Made by a program: the position numbers and the translations under genes. From a virus, in the UHGV virus genome UHGV-0187445: a stretch of DNA of 14,700 nt. One strand, written 5' to 3'. The stretch's first letter is position 1; each line of letters starts with the position of its first letter. Under the pieces are notes generated by a model. That model did no database searches. It had not been told where the DNA came from and saw nothing but the letters and a program-made list of their open reading frames with translations. Shown one piece after another: positions 13,372-14,700 of the stretch.

Positions 13372-14274
13372 ATGAATCAATCTTATGGACGGCTGGTCAG
13401 TCGGGCGGCGATTGCTGCGACGGCGATGGCTTCGTTGCTATTGCTGATTAAAATTTTTGCATGGTGGTATACCGGGTCGGTGAGTATTCTCGCCGCGCTG
13501 GTGGATTCGCTGGTGGATATCGGCGCGTCGTTGACGAATTTACTGGTGGTGCGATATTCCCTGCAACCTGCCGACGATAATCACTCGTTTGGTCACGGTA
13601 AAGCTGAGTCCCTCGCGGCGCTGGCGCAAAGTATGTTTATCTCCGGTTCGGCACTATTCCTGTTTTTGACGGGTATTCAACATCTGATATCTCCAACACC
13701 GATGACAGATCCAGGCGTTGGGGTTATCGTGACAATTGTGGCGCTAATTTGTACGATTATCCTTGTCTCGTTTCAGCGTTGGGTGGTGCGGCGGACGCAA
13801 AGCCAGGCGGTGCGGGCTGATATGCTACATTACCAGTCTGATGTTATGATGAACGGTGCAATTCTGCTGGCGCTGGGGTTGTCCTGGTACGGCTGGCATC
13901 GCGCCGATGCTCTGTTTGCATTGGGAATCGGCATCTATATTTTATATAGCGCGTTACGCATGGGATATGAGGCGGTACAGTCATTACTGGATCGCGCATT
14001 GCCTGATGAGGAACGGCAAGAAATTATTGATATCGTGACTTCCTGGCCGGGTGTTAGCGGCGCTCACGATCTTCGCACGCGGCAGTCAGGGCCGACCCGC
14101 TTTATTCAGATTCATTTGGAAATGGAAGACTCTCTGCCTTTGGTTCAGGCACATATGGTGGCGGATCAGGTAGAGCAGGCTATTTTACGGCGTTTTCCGG
14201 GATCGGATGTGATTATCCATCAGGACCCCTGTTCCGTCGTACCCAGGGAGGGTAAACGGTCTATGCTTTCATAA
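13372..14274 (+). CDS. fieF: Ferrous-iron/zinc efflux cation diffusion facilitator FieF (YiiP)
   Basis: 300 aa from [13 protein letters not shown]...; recognised as E. coli FieF; ORF-track start at 13354 is an upstream in-frame extension. Confidence 0.93.
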
Positions 14275-14454
14275 TCAGTATAAAAGAGAGCCAGACCCGC
14301 ATTTTGTGTATAAAATACCGCCATTTGGCCTGACCTGAATCAATTCAGCAGGAAGTGATTGTTATACTATTTGCACATTCGTTGGATCACTTCGATGTGC
14401 AAGAAGACTTCCGGCAACAGATTTCATTTTGCATTCCAAAGTTCAGAGGTAGTC

Positions 14455-14700
14455 ATGATTAAGAAAATCGGTGTGTTGACAAGCGGCGGTGATGCGCCAG
14501 GCATGAACGCCGCAATTCGCGGGGTTGTTCGTTCTGCGCTGACAGAAGGTCTGGAAGTAATGGGCATTTATGACGGCTATCTGGGTCTGTATGAAGACCG
14601 TATGGTACAGCTAGACCGTTACAGCGTTTCTGACATGATCAACCGTGGTGGTACGTTCCTCGGTTCTGCGCGTTTCCCGGAATTCCGCGACGAGAACATC
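14455..14700 (+). CDS. pfkA: 6-phosphofructokinase I, N-terminal part (truncated by window end)
   Basis: [32 protein letters not shown]... recognised as E. coli PfkA; GAGG RBS. Confidence 0.93.

Noticed and set aside
13856-14038. 60 aa plus-strand ORF
   Set aside because: Alternative frame inside fieF.
1-14700. CRISPR arrays, tRNA or rRNA genes, REP or other host repeat families
   Set aside because: No regularly spaced direct repeats, cloverleaf-capable segments or rRNA-like stretches were seen on reading through the window.

Overview
The window is the right-hand end of a composite, probably defective P2-family prophage in Escherichia coli, followed by the host genes fieF (complete) and pfkA (5' part). 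Nothing here was searched against a database; all calls rest on reading the six-frame translations and the nucleotide sequence by eye. Left to right: (i) a P2-type tail module on the minus strand (E' tail, E, tube FII, sheath FI) with a TGT-N12-ACA late-promoter dyad; (ii) a 1.86 kb invertible tail-fibre segment (two alternative fibre C-terminal cassettes plus two convergent tail-fibre-assembly genes) bounded by hix/gix-like crossover sites and, unusually, flanked on both sides by divergent serine-invertase genes, with no constant tail-fibre N-terminal region on either side; (iii) a second, clearly different P2-type tail module on the minus strand (U, tape measure T, E/E', FII, FI) that is inverted relative to the adjacent plus-strand D and ogr genes; (iv) a small lipoprotein gene of unknown function; (v) terminators and host DNA. 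The most interesting signal is the double-invertase orphan shufflon and the mosaic, rearranged architecture around it, which looks like the product of recombination between two co-resident P2-like elements. No tRNA, rRNA or CRISPR array was seen.
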